64,000 bases of DNA from Octopus sinensis (GCF_006345805.1 NC_043009.1:10912001-10976000), one strand, 5' to 3'; numbered from the stretch's first letter, positions 1 to 12,569 are shown. Program-made: numbers and translations. The notes: generated by a model not told the origin, from the letters alone.

Positions 1-59
1 AAATATAGGAATTTTGTTCATCCTTAAACAACTCTTATTCAGGGACCTTTTGAGCGTGA

Positions 60-1257
60 TGGGCTACTCTACTTGAAGAAAATTCTAACATAGTTCCACT
101 TGGCATTATCATTACTTACAATGATAGTACTTGGGCACTATCGTTACTTACATATTCAGCAGCTTTTGTAGATTGGACCAAATCTGAATTAGCAAAGCTT
201 GACGGAAGAACTAGAAAGGAATTCAATGTGAATGGAGGGTTCCACCCAACATCAACAGTAACAAGATTATACTTACCTAGAAAGGAAGGTGAAAGAGCTT
301 TAATATCAGTAAAAGCCTGCGTGGAGTTAGCCTCCTATGCAGGTGATAATGAAGAAAACATATTAAGAGCTGATAGAGTCACAGCAGGAAATATGAAAAC
401 GAAAAGACAAATAAAGTTGAAAAGCAGAGAAGAGAACAAAAGTTATCTGCGCAAGAGAAAACTTTCCATGGTAGATTCCCAAAGATAGGTTCAAGAAATA
501 GCAAAGAGACATTGTTATGATTGCAGAAAGGACGGTTGAAAAGGGAAACGAAATGCTTGTTAGTAGCAGCATTAGATCAAGCATTAAGGATTAATTCAAT
601 AAAAATCAAGAGAGATAAAAACCAAATAGATTCCCAATGTAGGTTATGCAAATTAAAATAGGAAAGTGTTACTCATTTAGTAAGTGAATGTAATATGCTG
701 GTACAGAAAGAATACTAGAAAAGACATGAGAACCCAGGGATTTATGTAAAAAGCTAGGATTTAAACATAGTGATAAATGATATGAACATGAAGCTAGTAA
801 AGTACTGGAAAGTAAGGAATTTAAATCTTTGTGGGACTTTAACATACAGACGGACAGAGTAATATAAGCTAGAAGGCCTGTTTCAGTAGTAGTGGATAAA
901 GGGAATAGAAAGCGCCATTTAATAGACATTACAGTCCCAAATAATGAGAAATTCAATATGAGAAGCATAGAGAAAATAGCCAAATACCAGGACTTAGCCA
1001 TTGAGTTACAGAGACTATGGAAAGTGCGGGTAAAATATACCACTGTATTTATAAGTGCATTAGGAAATATCCCTAAACATTTGAACAAATGGATAGAGGA
1101 AATAGGCATAAAACCCAGCTCCTGCAAACAATGTCGTTAGGGACAGCTAGAGTATTTTGGAGGGTTCTTGCCATTTCAGGTTACTAGTTGTTGCCCGATG
1201 TTAGAAATTTTTCTATTCCTAACATCGGGCTACAACTAATCTGTTGAGGATATGAGA
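60..1257 (+). pseudogene. 3' relic of R4/Dong-type non-LTR retrotransposon (RT C-terminus, CCHC region, restriction-like endonuclease)
   Basis: Frameshifted translations YSAAFVDWTKSELAKLDGRTRK, RLYLPRKEG and WDFNIQTD..ARRP..VVDK..LIDITVP..KIAKYQDLAIELQRLWK..ISALG match the RLE-clade RT/endonuclease pattern; ends in a (TAA)n tail. Confidence 0.85.
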
Positions 1258-1282
1258 AATAATAATAATAATAATAATAATA

Positions 1283-1317
<35 letters not shown>

Positions 1318-1322
1318 TAATA
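1258..1322 (+). repeat. (TAA)n tail/target of the Dong-like element
   Basis: Direct reading; a second AAT/AAC tract lies at about 1445-1515. Confidence 0.95.
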
Positions 1323-1535
1323 TGACTTTGTAAGTGAACAGTGTGGTGTGTTTATTTTAATGGCCTAACAATATATACAATGCGTTTCTCTGTCCTCGGT
1401 GTCAGGAAGACACTCGGAAAGAAATGGAAACAAAATTGAAAGGAGATAATAATGAATATAATAATAATAATAACAACAACAACAACAACAACAACAATAA
1501 TAATAATGATAATAATCCTTTCTACTGTAATGGGT

Positions 1536-1587
1536 GAGATACCGCTGAGTATTTCGCCCAGCGCACTAAAGATTCTGCCAGCTCACC
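1536..1587 (-). mobile_element. Head fragment of SINE family C
   Basis: Reverse complement GGTGAGCTGGCAGAATCTTTAGTGCGCTGGGCGAAATACTCAGCGGTATCTC matches the heads at 8633 and 9771. Confidence 0.7.
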
Positions 1588-2693
1588 GTCTTGTGCTAAT
1601 GATAAGAATAACAATGCTATTATAAATTAATGAGAAATTGATTTCTTTGTGTACATTAAGCGAAGGAAAGGGATATGCTACCGAAACGAACATTCTACCA
1701 GTTATTCCAGTGAATGAGTAAAACTCCGGGTTTTATAACATCAGCCATGCTAACTATACCACTGCAACATAACTATAAAATTTACTGGATATCTGAAACA
1801 TTGATTGTATCAAGTGATAGCAGCGAAAGAAGACGAATCACATGAAATACACCCTGGTCGTACAAAGAATAAATGTGCGGCTGTGAAACATAGGTAGAAT
1901 ATCTGAGCAGCGTTATGTGCATTCGAAACCCCTGTATTGCTTCCTGGTTGTGGTATTCCCTGATCGCAGTTTTGGCTGAGGTTCATCTCTTCTCAGTATT
2001 TTCACTCCAAGATATAGAACAAAGTAAACTTGACTCCATTTATTGTAGCGGTCCTGATCCAACGGTCAATGTCTGCTGTGAAACAATTGCTCCCTTGAAT
2101 AGAGATGCAATAACAACGATTTATCAAAGCTAAACTTTCGTTCTGTGACTTCCACGCATTTAGACACGGATTACTTCACATCCTCTCTCTCGCTCTCTCT
2201 TTTCCCTATCTCTCTCCACTTTTCTTTCCTCCGTCTCTCTCTCTCTCTCCTCTTTCTCTCTCTGACTTGGTGTGTAGGAAAGCTCCAGAACATTCCTTCT
2301 GCTTTTCTCTTTTGCATTGAAGGAAAACAATCTCCAGGCCAGTATTCTACTAATAAAGATTCAAATCGATTTTCTCACCGTATATCCAAATCTGGGTAAC
2401 ATACTTCAGGTGATAAGTAAAAGTATATTTAATAAATGACAAAAGGCATTAGCGTTAATGATAGTTGTTGTGATGACAATCAAGGGAGTTAACACTGTAA
2501 TATATTCATTACTAACTGGATATTTATTCAACGTGTAAATTATTTCACACTTCCTGCTAATTCCGCAATGTTTACAGTCTAAACCGTGGTAGATTGTTTG
2601 ACTCTCTTGACAACGAGCATTCAGTTGCTCAACCAACTGAAGTTCTACACGTCGAATTAATGCATCAGTGACTGAGTTTCACACATACAGGTG

Positions 2694-2885
2694 GAGGCGC
2701 AATGGCCTAGTGGTTAGGGCAGCGGACTCGCGGTCACAAGAACGCGGTTTCGATTCCCAGACCGGGCATTGTGAGTATTTATTGAGCTAAAACACCTAAG
2801 CTCAACGAGGCTCCGGCGGGAGGGAGTGAACCCCACTGTACTCTTTCACCACAACTTTCTCTCACTCTTTCTTCCTACTTCTGTC
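2694..2885 (+). mobile_element. tRNA-derived SINE family A, 3'-truncated
   Basis: A-box TGGCCTAGTGG and B-box GGTTTCGATTCC; body matches the copies at 21258-21592 and 48063-48244. Confidence 0.9.
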
Positions 2886-3155
2886 ACAAAGCTGAGGAAC
2901 CCTGGTATAACCCACTATGGTGTGGTAAAACTTTCAGACCTTAGTCTAGATTGCTAATCCTCTGTACCCCGGGATGGTTCAGCTCTCCACCCATTAAAAG
3001 CCACCGTTCACGGAATGAGGATAACAACGTAGCTTTCGCGCCTGTGCAAGCGCCAGTCTATCGCGTGTGGTGGGTGGATCTTCAAGTTGCCACACGCATT
3101 CTTAGTAGCTTAGAGTAGGCTCGAATTAGAGATTATTCTTTGTGGCTGATGGCGT

Positions 3156-3214
3156 GAAGAAGAAGAAGAAGAAGAAGAAGAAGAAGAAGAAGAAGAAGAA
3201 GAAGAAGAAGAAGA
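3156..3214 (+). repeat. (GAA)n microsatellite
   Basis: Direct reading. Confidence 0.97.
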
Positions 3215-4255
3215 CTGATACAGGTACAATTCTTTGGGCGAAATAGCATGTTACAAATGAAGCAAGGTAAAATTTAAAGGGGAAAAGAGAAGACGGACAG
3301 AAGGGAAGTGAGAGGCTGGTAAAGAGAAAACGATAAGAAAGAAAGAATAGGACAGAGAGAAAAGACACGAGTATGGCTCTGCTACTCTAACGATGCCCAA
3401 AAGATAAAAGGCAAAGCTGACATTCGTAAATTTTAAAATGAATGCAGAGAGCCGTGTCGAATGATGCTTGACAGTCTCCTCGTGGCGTTAAAGGTTCTAC
3501 TATTTCGCTGTTTTCTGCAAATTAAATAGAACCAGATGAATCGACTGGCGAAAACAGCTACGAATAAAAGAGATCTTAGCAACGGACAATCTCATGTCTA
3601 AACATTCCTACACATGCATGCAATTATTCCCGCTCGAGATGAAACACTCTTTCTCTCTGTATATTTTCTCTTAACCTCCATCCTATTTTCTGCGTCTATA
3701 CCTACACCCAAACTCGCAACCACACCGGTACCTTCACTCATGCACTCACACATAATATGTGTGCGCGTAGTTGTAAAGGTATGAAAGTAAAGATTCAGCG
3801 AAATTGATAAGGAAAAGGATGAAATAGATTCCGGTATAGTCTTTACTAATAGCATTATCTAACCGAAATACTGATTTAAAATTATTTTGTAATCTAGAAA
3901 TATTCTCTTACTTTTCGAAAACTTAAAACCGGTTATAAAATCCAAGAAATGATAGCCGTGCTGTAGCTACGAGTGCCTTCAATGAGGTGGAAATGTGTGA
4001 AAGGATTATTTTAAATTAATTTTTGTTTTTGTTATTTATAAAAGGTTTCTGATGCTGGATGCTTGGTTTTATCGCGATGAATTATCTCTCTTGCGAAATA
4101 AATATGAACTTCATTTAGAATTTTTAAAAATATTACCGAAAGGATGGTGATCGTTATTTCTCTTGCGAAACAAGTATGAGTTTAAGACACATCGTTAAAC
4201 AAATATTACTTCATTTATCTGGGAATTTGGTTTAAAGGTTACTATCCAGGCTCAC

Positions 4256-4401
4256 CTTCCAAAACTTAATTTCCTCGACGTAATTTTACACCGAGAAATG
4301 CAGAAGCAGTAACAAAACCAAAATCTGGTGTGAAAGTAACAACATCAGAAAATGAAATAACATACACAGCAATACAATGAATGGCGAACAATTAATAGTA
4401 G
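4256..4401 (-). other. Candidate non-coding/5'UTR exon on the minus strand
   Basis: Acceptor tctctttttgttctcgcag| at 4402 and donor AAG|GTGAGC at 4256/4255; no frame is open across the exon. Confidence 0.3.
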
Positions 4402-6131
4402 CTGCGAGAACAAAAAGAGACTCACACAACAGCAGCGATGAAAGATGAAACAAGAATATGCGTAGCTAGGGCTGAAACCATAAGTAATCAGCGAATCGCT
4501 CAACTCTGCAGTCCTCCGAGGAGAAGTCATTAGAATATGTGCGTTACAACAAAGAAAAAATCGTTTGCATTGAGCGAAGGTTTTGGAAGAGTTTGATTCA
4601 AATAACTGTTTCGCTTCGTCAAATGTTTCCATAGTAATAAAATAATAACATGGAAATGTCTTAAAAAGTGCTTTTTAAGATATTTCCCATGCAAAATTCC
4701 CGAGAAACAAGACTAGGGTGTGTAATCTTTTCCCTCATTTTTATCTTCTCTTCCGCAAAAATTGCTTTATTAAAAGTTGCCTGTATAAATATTATGTGTC
4801 GTGAGGTTGGTATGAGAGACACTGCTCAATGACTTAGTCATTGTGGTTTGTTTGTAGTAGTTATTGTCAGAATTGAACAGGCGAAATCGCTCAATATACT
4901 GCGGGGCGACTGCGAAATCTCGACCACTTTTAATCGATATAATCCGAATGGCACTGCTGAGATGTTTCTGAAAGACCTGGACCAAGAGATTAATTCGGTT
5001 CACTTGGATGTTTAAGCCTGATATGAGCAGTTATGAAGGGCGTCACTGAGATCTTCCAGACGACTGTTTACACCCGGATTGGATTAGTCACGTATCTTTA
5101 AACTTCTAGAGACATTCTTTGGAACATCTCATTTAATAGTGATTCGAAAGGCATTTTGGACGCATGTAAAGATTGTGTCACAATACCTGCATGCGTTATA
5201 TATGTGTAGCCGATGCAAGGGATTGCTAAATCTTTGCAGTTCTTATTAGACACTCCATATATTTGTAAATTTCCCCCTCATTTTCCGAATAAGCAAATAT
5301 CTGCTTGTCAACATAAATCCTTGTAATAGTCTGGATTGAGTTAATAGAGATATTAGCGAAAACTCTGTCCCCCTATTTAACAATGTAAGAAATGAAGCAC
5401 AAAAACAACATTTTAGAACGTTAGAAAATTAAGTGATGAACTTCATCGGTAAAGAAGGGTTAATACATATTGACAAATGAGATAAGTATGCAAGCAGGTG
5501 AGTAGAGGTGAGGTGTAACAGATGATTCTTTCTTGGAAGAAACGAGAGTTCTCATATTTTCTTCCGTTTCCTCTCGCCTATTTTCTCGTATGTCATCTCT
5601 ATGCATTTGTCAATACGTTAGTACATCTGTCACTTTATCGCAACGTAAAGCTCTCTTACCAGCCTCAGCGTCTCTCCCATTTCGTCTACTTTTTTCCTGT
5701 CTTTCCAATACTCTTGTTCGCTGGAACATATACCTTCACACAATCACTTCTATGCAGCTAATCTTTCTTTCTTGTCACTTCCTCCTAGTTCGAGTCTACA
5801 GCTCCCATTCTCTTTTCCATCACAAATTCTTCTCTGTCTACCTCGTTTTAATTGATTATGCGCGAAGATTTCGGTTCGAATGTAAATATCAATCATTAAT
5901 GTTATTTGAAGTAAGAAGTGGTTCTTGTAAGTCTATATTACATCAGTTGTCGTCTATACGCCTGCGCAAGTATGTGTATGTATATGTTTACATGTATGCC
6001 AAGCTGAATGTATATATATATATTGTGGTATTTGAAGATGGTCATGTTTCCAGTTTAGCCAATGAAAGCAGACGCACTATAAATTTGGTGTTCACTTGCT
6101 TCAGCTTTATTTCAAATAAATTGTACTTCGG

Positions 6132-6171
6132 CCAGAGTTCTTTCGCCACACTTCTGTAACCTCATCAGTGG
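6132..6171 (-). ncRNA. Minimal type I hammerhead motif
   Basis: Reverse complement: CCA CTGATGA G GTTAC agaagt GTGGC GAAA GAACTC TGG. Confidence 0.65.
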
Positions 6172-6742
6172 TCCTTAGCTTTCTCCTTCCTTTTTTGTGT
6201 CTCTCCTTCCTAACGATCTGCCATTTTGTATTCCTGCTGTATGTGTCTTTATTTGCGCATGCGTATATCTATATTTGTGTCTATGTTTAGTAAGTGTGTG
6301 TGTGTGTGGGGGATATGTATGGTACCTGCATTATCAGTATACCCTGTTCAGTATTCACGTTCCTTTAATTTAATTTAATTTCTTTCATTCATTTGTTTTT
6401 ATCTACTTACTTTTCATTTCTATCTTTTTGGTATTAATTTAATTTAATTTATTATATTTTGTTTTAAATTAAATTAAATTAATACAAAAGAGAAAGAAAT
6501 GAAAAAAGTAAATAGATAAAAGCAAACGATGAAAATAAATACAATTAAATTAAACGAATGTGAATAAACATGTGATACTGATAATACAGGCACCATACAC
6601 TTTCTCACACACACACACTTACTAAACATAGAGACACAAACACAGATATACGCATGCGCAAATAAAGACACATACAACAGAAATACAAAATGGCAGATCG
6701 TTAGGAAGGACGGACACAAAAAAGAAAGAAGAAAGCAAGGGA

Positions 6743-6782
6743 CCACTGATGAAGTCACAGAAGTGTGACGAAAGAACTCTGA
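6743..6782 (+). ncRNA. Minimal type I hammerhead motif
   Basis: CCA CTGATGA A GTCAC agaagt GTGAC GAAA GAACTC TGA; perfect 5-bp stem II, short stems I and III. Confidence 0.7.
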
Positions 6783-6956
6783 CCGAAATACAATTTATAT
6801 GAAAAAAAAAGCTGAAGCAAGTGAACACCAAATATATAGTGCGTGTGTTTTCATTGGCTAAACTGGAAACATGACCATCCCCAAATACAACAATATCTAT
6901 TTCAAAACACACGAATTCAGATCAAGAGTCTTGCCAAACGAATATATAAATGTGTT

Positions 6957-7160
<204 letters not shown>

Positions 7161-7161
7161 A

Positions 7162-7345
7162 GGGAGAGTTTACGAAATAAACAAAAGACGAAGACAGATG
7201 GTGTACAAAACAAACAGATGTATTAGAATAGCGATCAGGAATAGAAAAAGTCTTTTACGTTTCGAGCTTACGCTCTTCCACAGAAAGGGACACAGAAAAC
7301 AAGGAGAGAAAAAAATGTGTGTAATGGCTAACGATCTATCATGGC
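7162..7345 (-). mobile_element. Short (~190 bp) hammerhead-bearing repeat, family D (solo PLE terminal repeat-like)
   Basis: Homologous to 11001-11196 and 56772-56972; carries an HHR motif at 7250-7291; bounded by (TA)n. Confidence 0.8.
7250..7291 (-). ncRNA. Hammerhead variant with U at core position 6
   Basis: Reverse complement: CTTT CTGTGGA A GAGC gtaa GCTC GAA ACGT A AAAG. Confidence 0.65.
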
Positions 7346-8632
7346 ATATATATATATATATATTTGTATGTATGTGTTATCCTCAATCGATTAAATAAGT
7401 GCATTAAGACATGAAAATACGTACTGAGATACATATAACTGCGAAGCGCAATGATTTGGGGCGGTGAAGAAAGCTGACCATCATTCACAAAAGTGTTTGG
7501 TCTTGGTAACACGCATCGTACTTTCGGTAAATGTTTTCGGTGCTTATAAATTGGCGAGACGATAATCTCTCGCTCCTCCTACGTTTTGTCTCAGGGCATA
7601 TCCAGGATGTACTGTCTGGAGTAACAGCAGCACCATGACTTGATTATTGCTTAGTTTCAGAAAAAATGTGCTATGGTCAAGTCACAATGCACTACCCGGT
7701 CCAAGAATTCAACTCACGTCATCATGATCGTTAGCAAAAAAATCTTAATTACTTGGCTATGTGCCTTTAATGTATCTATATACACTCCTTCACTCAAAAT
7801 AAACACACACATATATGCCTATATAAACACCTACACCTGTGTACGTAGATCGATGACAACGCGTTTCAAGTACTGGTGGCGGTAGACGATGCTAAGTTTA
7901 TTGAAGCTGAGGTTTGGATGGAATGGGAATAGATTTTTGAATTCCTTTCTATGAATCAGGCAACGCCTTTCCATATGTCTTCCAAATTTCCACCAGTGCC
8001 TGTGTGTAAACATTTACACAACACACACACACACACTTGCAATAATACACACGCATACATGTGTTGCGGAGCATACGTATGTATGAGAATGCGTGTGAAA
8101 TGAAATTGCCGCAGTACAGGTGTTTTTTTAACAACATGCTATAGAAAATATCAGTTTCTTACCTATCTCTATATACTTAATATTTCATTTTAGCATTTAT
8201 TACCTTTTCAGAACCTATGATAATTATGTAATTTTATTTTAAAATTTGTCACATATCTACATAGTAGTAAGTAAAAACAAAATATGTAGAAGCAGTAACG
8301 ATGCTTTTACTAATCGATTTATTTATTAATGAAGAAATATTTTCTAAAGCAAAAATAAATGCAGTAAATTGATATAAAATTCGAGACGAAATAAAGCCAT
8401 GGAGAGAGGGAGAAATGGGGGGGGGGGGCAGTGAGGAATAGAAGAAAAGGGAAAGTGAAAGAGAGAGTGATGTATAGAAATGAGACAGGTAATAAAATAA
8501 GATGAGATAATGGAAAGAGGAATGGAAACGAAAAATAGATTGACGATTATGTAAAGACGATAGAAAGCGCAAGAAATTATATAAAAAAGAAAAACTAGTA
8601 CATTTGGATGTGTATTATCCTACAAGAAAAAA

Positions 8633-9060
8633 GCGACGAGCTGGCAGAATCGTAAGCACGCCAGGCGAAATGCTAAGCGGTATTTCGTCTGCAGCTACGT
8701 TCTGAGTTCAAATTCCGCCCAGGTCGATTTTTGCCTTTCATCCTTCCGGGGTCGATTAAATAAGTACCAGTTACGCACTGGGGTCAATATAATCGACTGA
8801 ATCTGTTTGTCTGTCCTGGTTCGTCCCCTCTATTTTTAGCCCCTTGTTGACTGTAAAGAAATAAGAATATTTAGCACGCCGGTCAAAATGCTGAACGTCA
8901 TTTCGTCCATATTTATGTTTTGAGTTCAAACTCCACCGAGGTCGGCTTTGCCTTTCATCTTTTCGGGGGCGATAACATAAGTATCAGTTGATCACTGTGG
9001 GATCGTTGTAATCGACTTACTCATCTCCTATGCGAAAATTTGAAACACTAATTACCAATC
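8633..9060 (+). mobile_element. Head-to-tail dimer of SINE family C
   Basis: Unit 1 at 8633-8863; more diverged unit 2 starts at the junction AAGAAATA|AGAAT..TTAGCACG. Confidence 0.85.
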
Positions 9061-9287
9061 TGTGGTCGTTCAGTCTGTATACAAACTAGATAAAACACCA
9101 AGTTTCCTAAGAGGAATACCAAAAATCTCTCCCCTACCATCACGTCGTTACCTACACGACCGCCTAACACTATCTCAAAATACATGCACTGTTTTATACT
9201 GCGATAGATTTCTAATTATTTCCTTCCACTATTTCTCAAACCTTTCATCACTCACTTAAATTTTGACTTAAACAAATAAATCGGAGA

Positions 9288-9583
9288 TAAGTGTTTTCTG
9301 CTATAGCCTCGGGCCGAACAAAGCCTTCTGAGTGGATTTGGTAGACGGAAACTGAAAGAAGCCTGTCTTATATATGTATGTGTGTGTATATGTTTATGTG
9401 TCCTACCAACATCGCTTGACAACCGATGCTGGTGTGTTTTCGTCCCCGTAACTTAGCAGTTCCGCAAAAGAGACCGATAGAATGAGTACTAAGCTTACAA
9501 AGAATAAGTCCTGGGATCGATTTGCTTGACTGAAGGCGGTGCTCCAGTGTGGCCGCAATGAAATGTCTGAAACAAGTAAAAGA
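9288..9583 (+). mobile_element. SINE family B, 5'-truncated
   Basis: Body TATAGCCTCGGGCCGA..GGTAGACGGAAACTGAAAGAAGCC..CAAAAGAGACCGATAGAAT is shared with 28758 and 48437. Confidence 0.9.
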
Positions 9584-9770
9584 CAGAATCCACATATTTG
9601 CCAGTAATTCCAGAAAGAATAAATGCAATCAACCATTGTGTTAAATAGCAAACTTATGTTTTACACACACACACACACACACTCACACATACACATACAC
9701 ACACACTCAGAAGACGAAATCTCAACAACTTCCGGTCTCCCCATATATGCTACGGTAATAAGAGGAAACA

Positions 9771-10218
9771 AGGTGGCGATCTGGGAGAAACGTTAGCACG
9801 CCCAGCGAAATGCTTAGCCGTATTTCGTCTGCCGCTACATTCTGTGTTCAAATTCCGCCGAGGTCGACTTTGCCTTTCATCCTTTAGGGGTCGATAAATT
9901 AAGTACCAGTTACGCACTGGGGTCGATGTAATCGACTTAATCCGTTTGTCTGTCCTTGTTTGTCCCCTCTATGTTTAGCGCCTTGTGGGCAATAAAGAAA
10001 TAAGAAACGTTAGCACGCCGGGCCAAATGCCTAGCAGTATTTCGTCTGCCGTTACGTTCTGAGTTCAAATTCCGCCGAGGTCGACTTTGCCTTTCATCCT
10101 TTCGAAGTCGATAAATTAAGTACCGTTTTCGCACTGGGGTCGATGTAATCGACTTAATCCCTTTGTCTGTCCCTGTTTGTCCTCTCTGCTTTTAGCCCCT
10201 TTGGGTAGTAAAGAAATA
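9771..10218 (+). mobile_element. Head-to-tail dimer of SINE family C with one 17-bp TSD
   Basis: GGTAATAAGAGGAAACA at 9754-9770 and 10219-10235 flanks both units. Confidence 0.92.
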
Positions 10219-10913
10219 GGTAATAAGAGGAAACATCCAAGCAAGTATTCAACTCTGACATGAAGTGAAACTACTCACACTTTTTTGGTTGTTGTCAAGA
10301 AAGAAACAAATAAGCAACTGCAGAATAAATAGACTCTCTCAGCGTGAATATATATGTCCATACAACATGAAATAAGCGCTGAATGGAAACTGTTGGTGTA
10401 TTGCTAATTCTTTCGATGCCATTTTCTTCATACTAAACGAGAAGGAATCTACGGCAAAACTCGGGCATATTTTCAATTAAAAAGAGAAGGGAGTCACCAA
10501 TGAATTTTCCCCAACAAGTTTGTGCACTAACGAAGTGAGAAACAAAGAAATCGAAGAGCACCTTAAAGATTTATGTCACTTAGCAAGGTAGTATGCCGTA
10601 AGAATTTAAACAATTTCTAATTTTAAATATATAAACTCAGCAGCAATCTGATTTGTGTTTTCTTGATTCGATCATAATAATAAAAGGAAATCGACTCAAA
10701 CGAAATAACCAATGTAAGTAAACCATGGTATGTATACTAAAAGTGATTATATTCAAGTTAGTTTATCTCAAATAACGTCGCCATCTCTCAATTTATTTTC
10801 TGGTTAATAATAAATGAACAAAAAATCTCGGATTTGAGGTTTCCTTTTCACAAAAGAGAGATAAGTCATGAAAAAAATATATATACCTATATACATGTAG
10901 ATGAGATGACGTG

Positions 10914-11000
<87 letters not shown>

Positions 11001-11001
<1 letters not shown>

Positions 11002-11196
11002 GGAGAGTTTACGAAAAAAAAAGACGAAGACAGGTGGTGTACGAAACAAACAGATGTATTTGTATAACGCTCAGGAATAGAAAAAAGTATTTTACGTTTC
11101 GAGCCTACGCTCTTCTACAGAAACGGACACAGAAAACAAGGAGATAAACAAAGAGAGAGAAAAAATGTGTGTAGTGGCTAACGATCTATCATGGCG
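11001..11196 (-). mobile_element. Family D hammerhead-bearing repeat (HHR about 11087-11128)
   Basis: Reverse complement: GTTT CTGTAGA A GAGC gtag GCTC GAA ACGT A AAAT. Confidence 0.8.
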
Positions 11197-11215
11197 TCTG
11201 ATATATATATATAAT

Positions 11216-11253
<38 letters not shown>

Positions 11254-11844
11254 CGCATATATGTGTGTGTGTGTGTGTGTGCGTTTGTGTGTATGTGTGT
11301 GGTTGTGTATTCATATACACAGGGATGAATGGTGAGAGGGAAAGAGAGACTAAAGTGGAGAGAGCTGAAAGAAGGAAGGAGAATGAGAGTGTACATATTT
11401 CAGAGATTCACGGTTTCGAAAATGCTATGCAAGAGAGAACTGGTTGTTTTTTTCTTTTACAGTTTCGTATTTAAATGTGCATTTCTAGAATATTCAGGAT
11501 TTGTACCACATGAATTAAACTGTTATTTTGTATAAATTTGAATACTTTGTATATATTAAAAATGCATGTAAAAATTCCGGTCATTAGAGCGTCTCTAAAT
11601 ATTGTAAAAAGAAAATAAATTTAAAGATGAAATAATGAAAGCATAAATTATTTTCCGTCTTCCACGGCCTGAAACTAAATAGTTTGAGGGCATGAAAGGA
11701 ATAATTCTGCAACGAATAATTTTGGAAAAAATAATTTTCAAAGGAATAATTTTAGAAGGAATGTATTTTTTAAATGAGGAAATGATATAACCTTAGTGAT
11801 TTAATATATATTTCTTTACTACCCACAAGGGTGTGTGTGTGTAT

Positions 11845-11885
<41 letters not shown>

Positions 11886-12146
11886 TAAGCAGAAAATGGA
11901 GAAAACGTTCATCAACTAAAAAATAAATTGACCAACATCGGCTAATTGTTTTCAATACAAAACATAACATAACAATACATTACATTTCTTACGGCCGTTT
12001 CGGCTGCCGATGTCAATCGGTGCTTACAAAGAAAATTCTGAAAACAATATTCGCCATTTTCATAGCACAGTCGATCTAGTACATGGAGCTTCATCAGACT
12101 GAATACAAATACATAAAATGAAATTAATAAATGAAGGGAAGATGAA

Positions 12147-12569
12147 AGAGGAAAAAACAGGGTCTCGAGATGAGGCCAAAATGCTCAATATATTGGAATC
12201 ATACCATTGTGCAGTGTGAAGCTTGAGGTCGAAAGGCAAAAGAGTAAATTAGCAAACGTGCTAGAGAAATAAATTACGGGTTATCTCTTTATGTAGGTGT
12301 ACCAGGGTGTATAAATAGTAGTAGGATAAAACTAGTGCTAAAGTAAAACACGAATCTCCAATATTTCTAGAACACGAATAGTACTTATGATTCCGTAGAT
12401 AGAGCTAATTAATATTTATCTAAAACCAAACCTGTAGAGATTTTGTAATGGTGTACTTACTGAAATATTCTAGAGGAAAGAACAGGGCCTCGAGATGAGG
12501 CCAGAAGGCTCAATATATTAGAATCATACCATTTTGTGTGTGAAGCTTGAATTCTATAAGCAAAAGAGT
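12147..12569 (+). repeat. Diverged ~98-bp direct repeat (12147-12245, 12472-12569)
   Basis: AGAGGAAA..ACAGGG(T/C)CTCGAGATGAGGCCA..GCTCAATATATT(G/A)GAATCATACCATT..GTGTGAAGCTTGA..GCAAAAGAGT occurs twice. Confidence 0.85.

Larger units (their letters stand above)
6020..6945. mobile_element. Fold-back pair of PLE terminal repeats with hammerheads (arms 6020-6451 / 6465-6896, 13-nt centre)
   Basis: About 430-bp inverted arms; same family as the arms flanking the GIY-YIG fragment at 36151-37880. Confidence 0.85.

Noticed and set aside
2694-2765. tRNA gene calls for SINE heads (also 21520, 48170, 48770)
   Set aside because: A and B boxes are present, but the acceptor stem is incomplete and each head continues into a shared SINE body.
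5533-6159. 208-aa plus-strand ORF
   Set aside because: No recognisable motif; it runs through a microsatellite into the antisense arm of a PLE repeat.
8633-10218. CRISPR-like or regularly spaced repeat array
   Set aside because: The repeats are ~220-bp SINE units without unique spacers, in eukaryotic DNA.
10490-10590. Possible plus-strand exon ending AAG|GTAGTA
   Set aside because: Upstream in-frame stop and no polypyrimidine acceptor.
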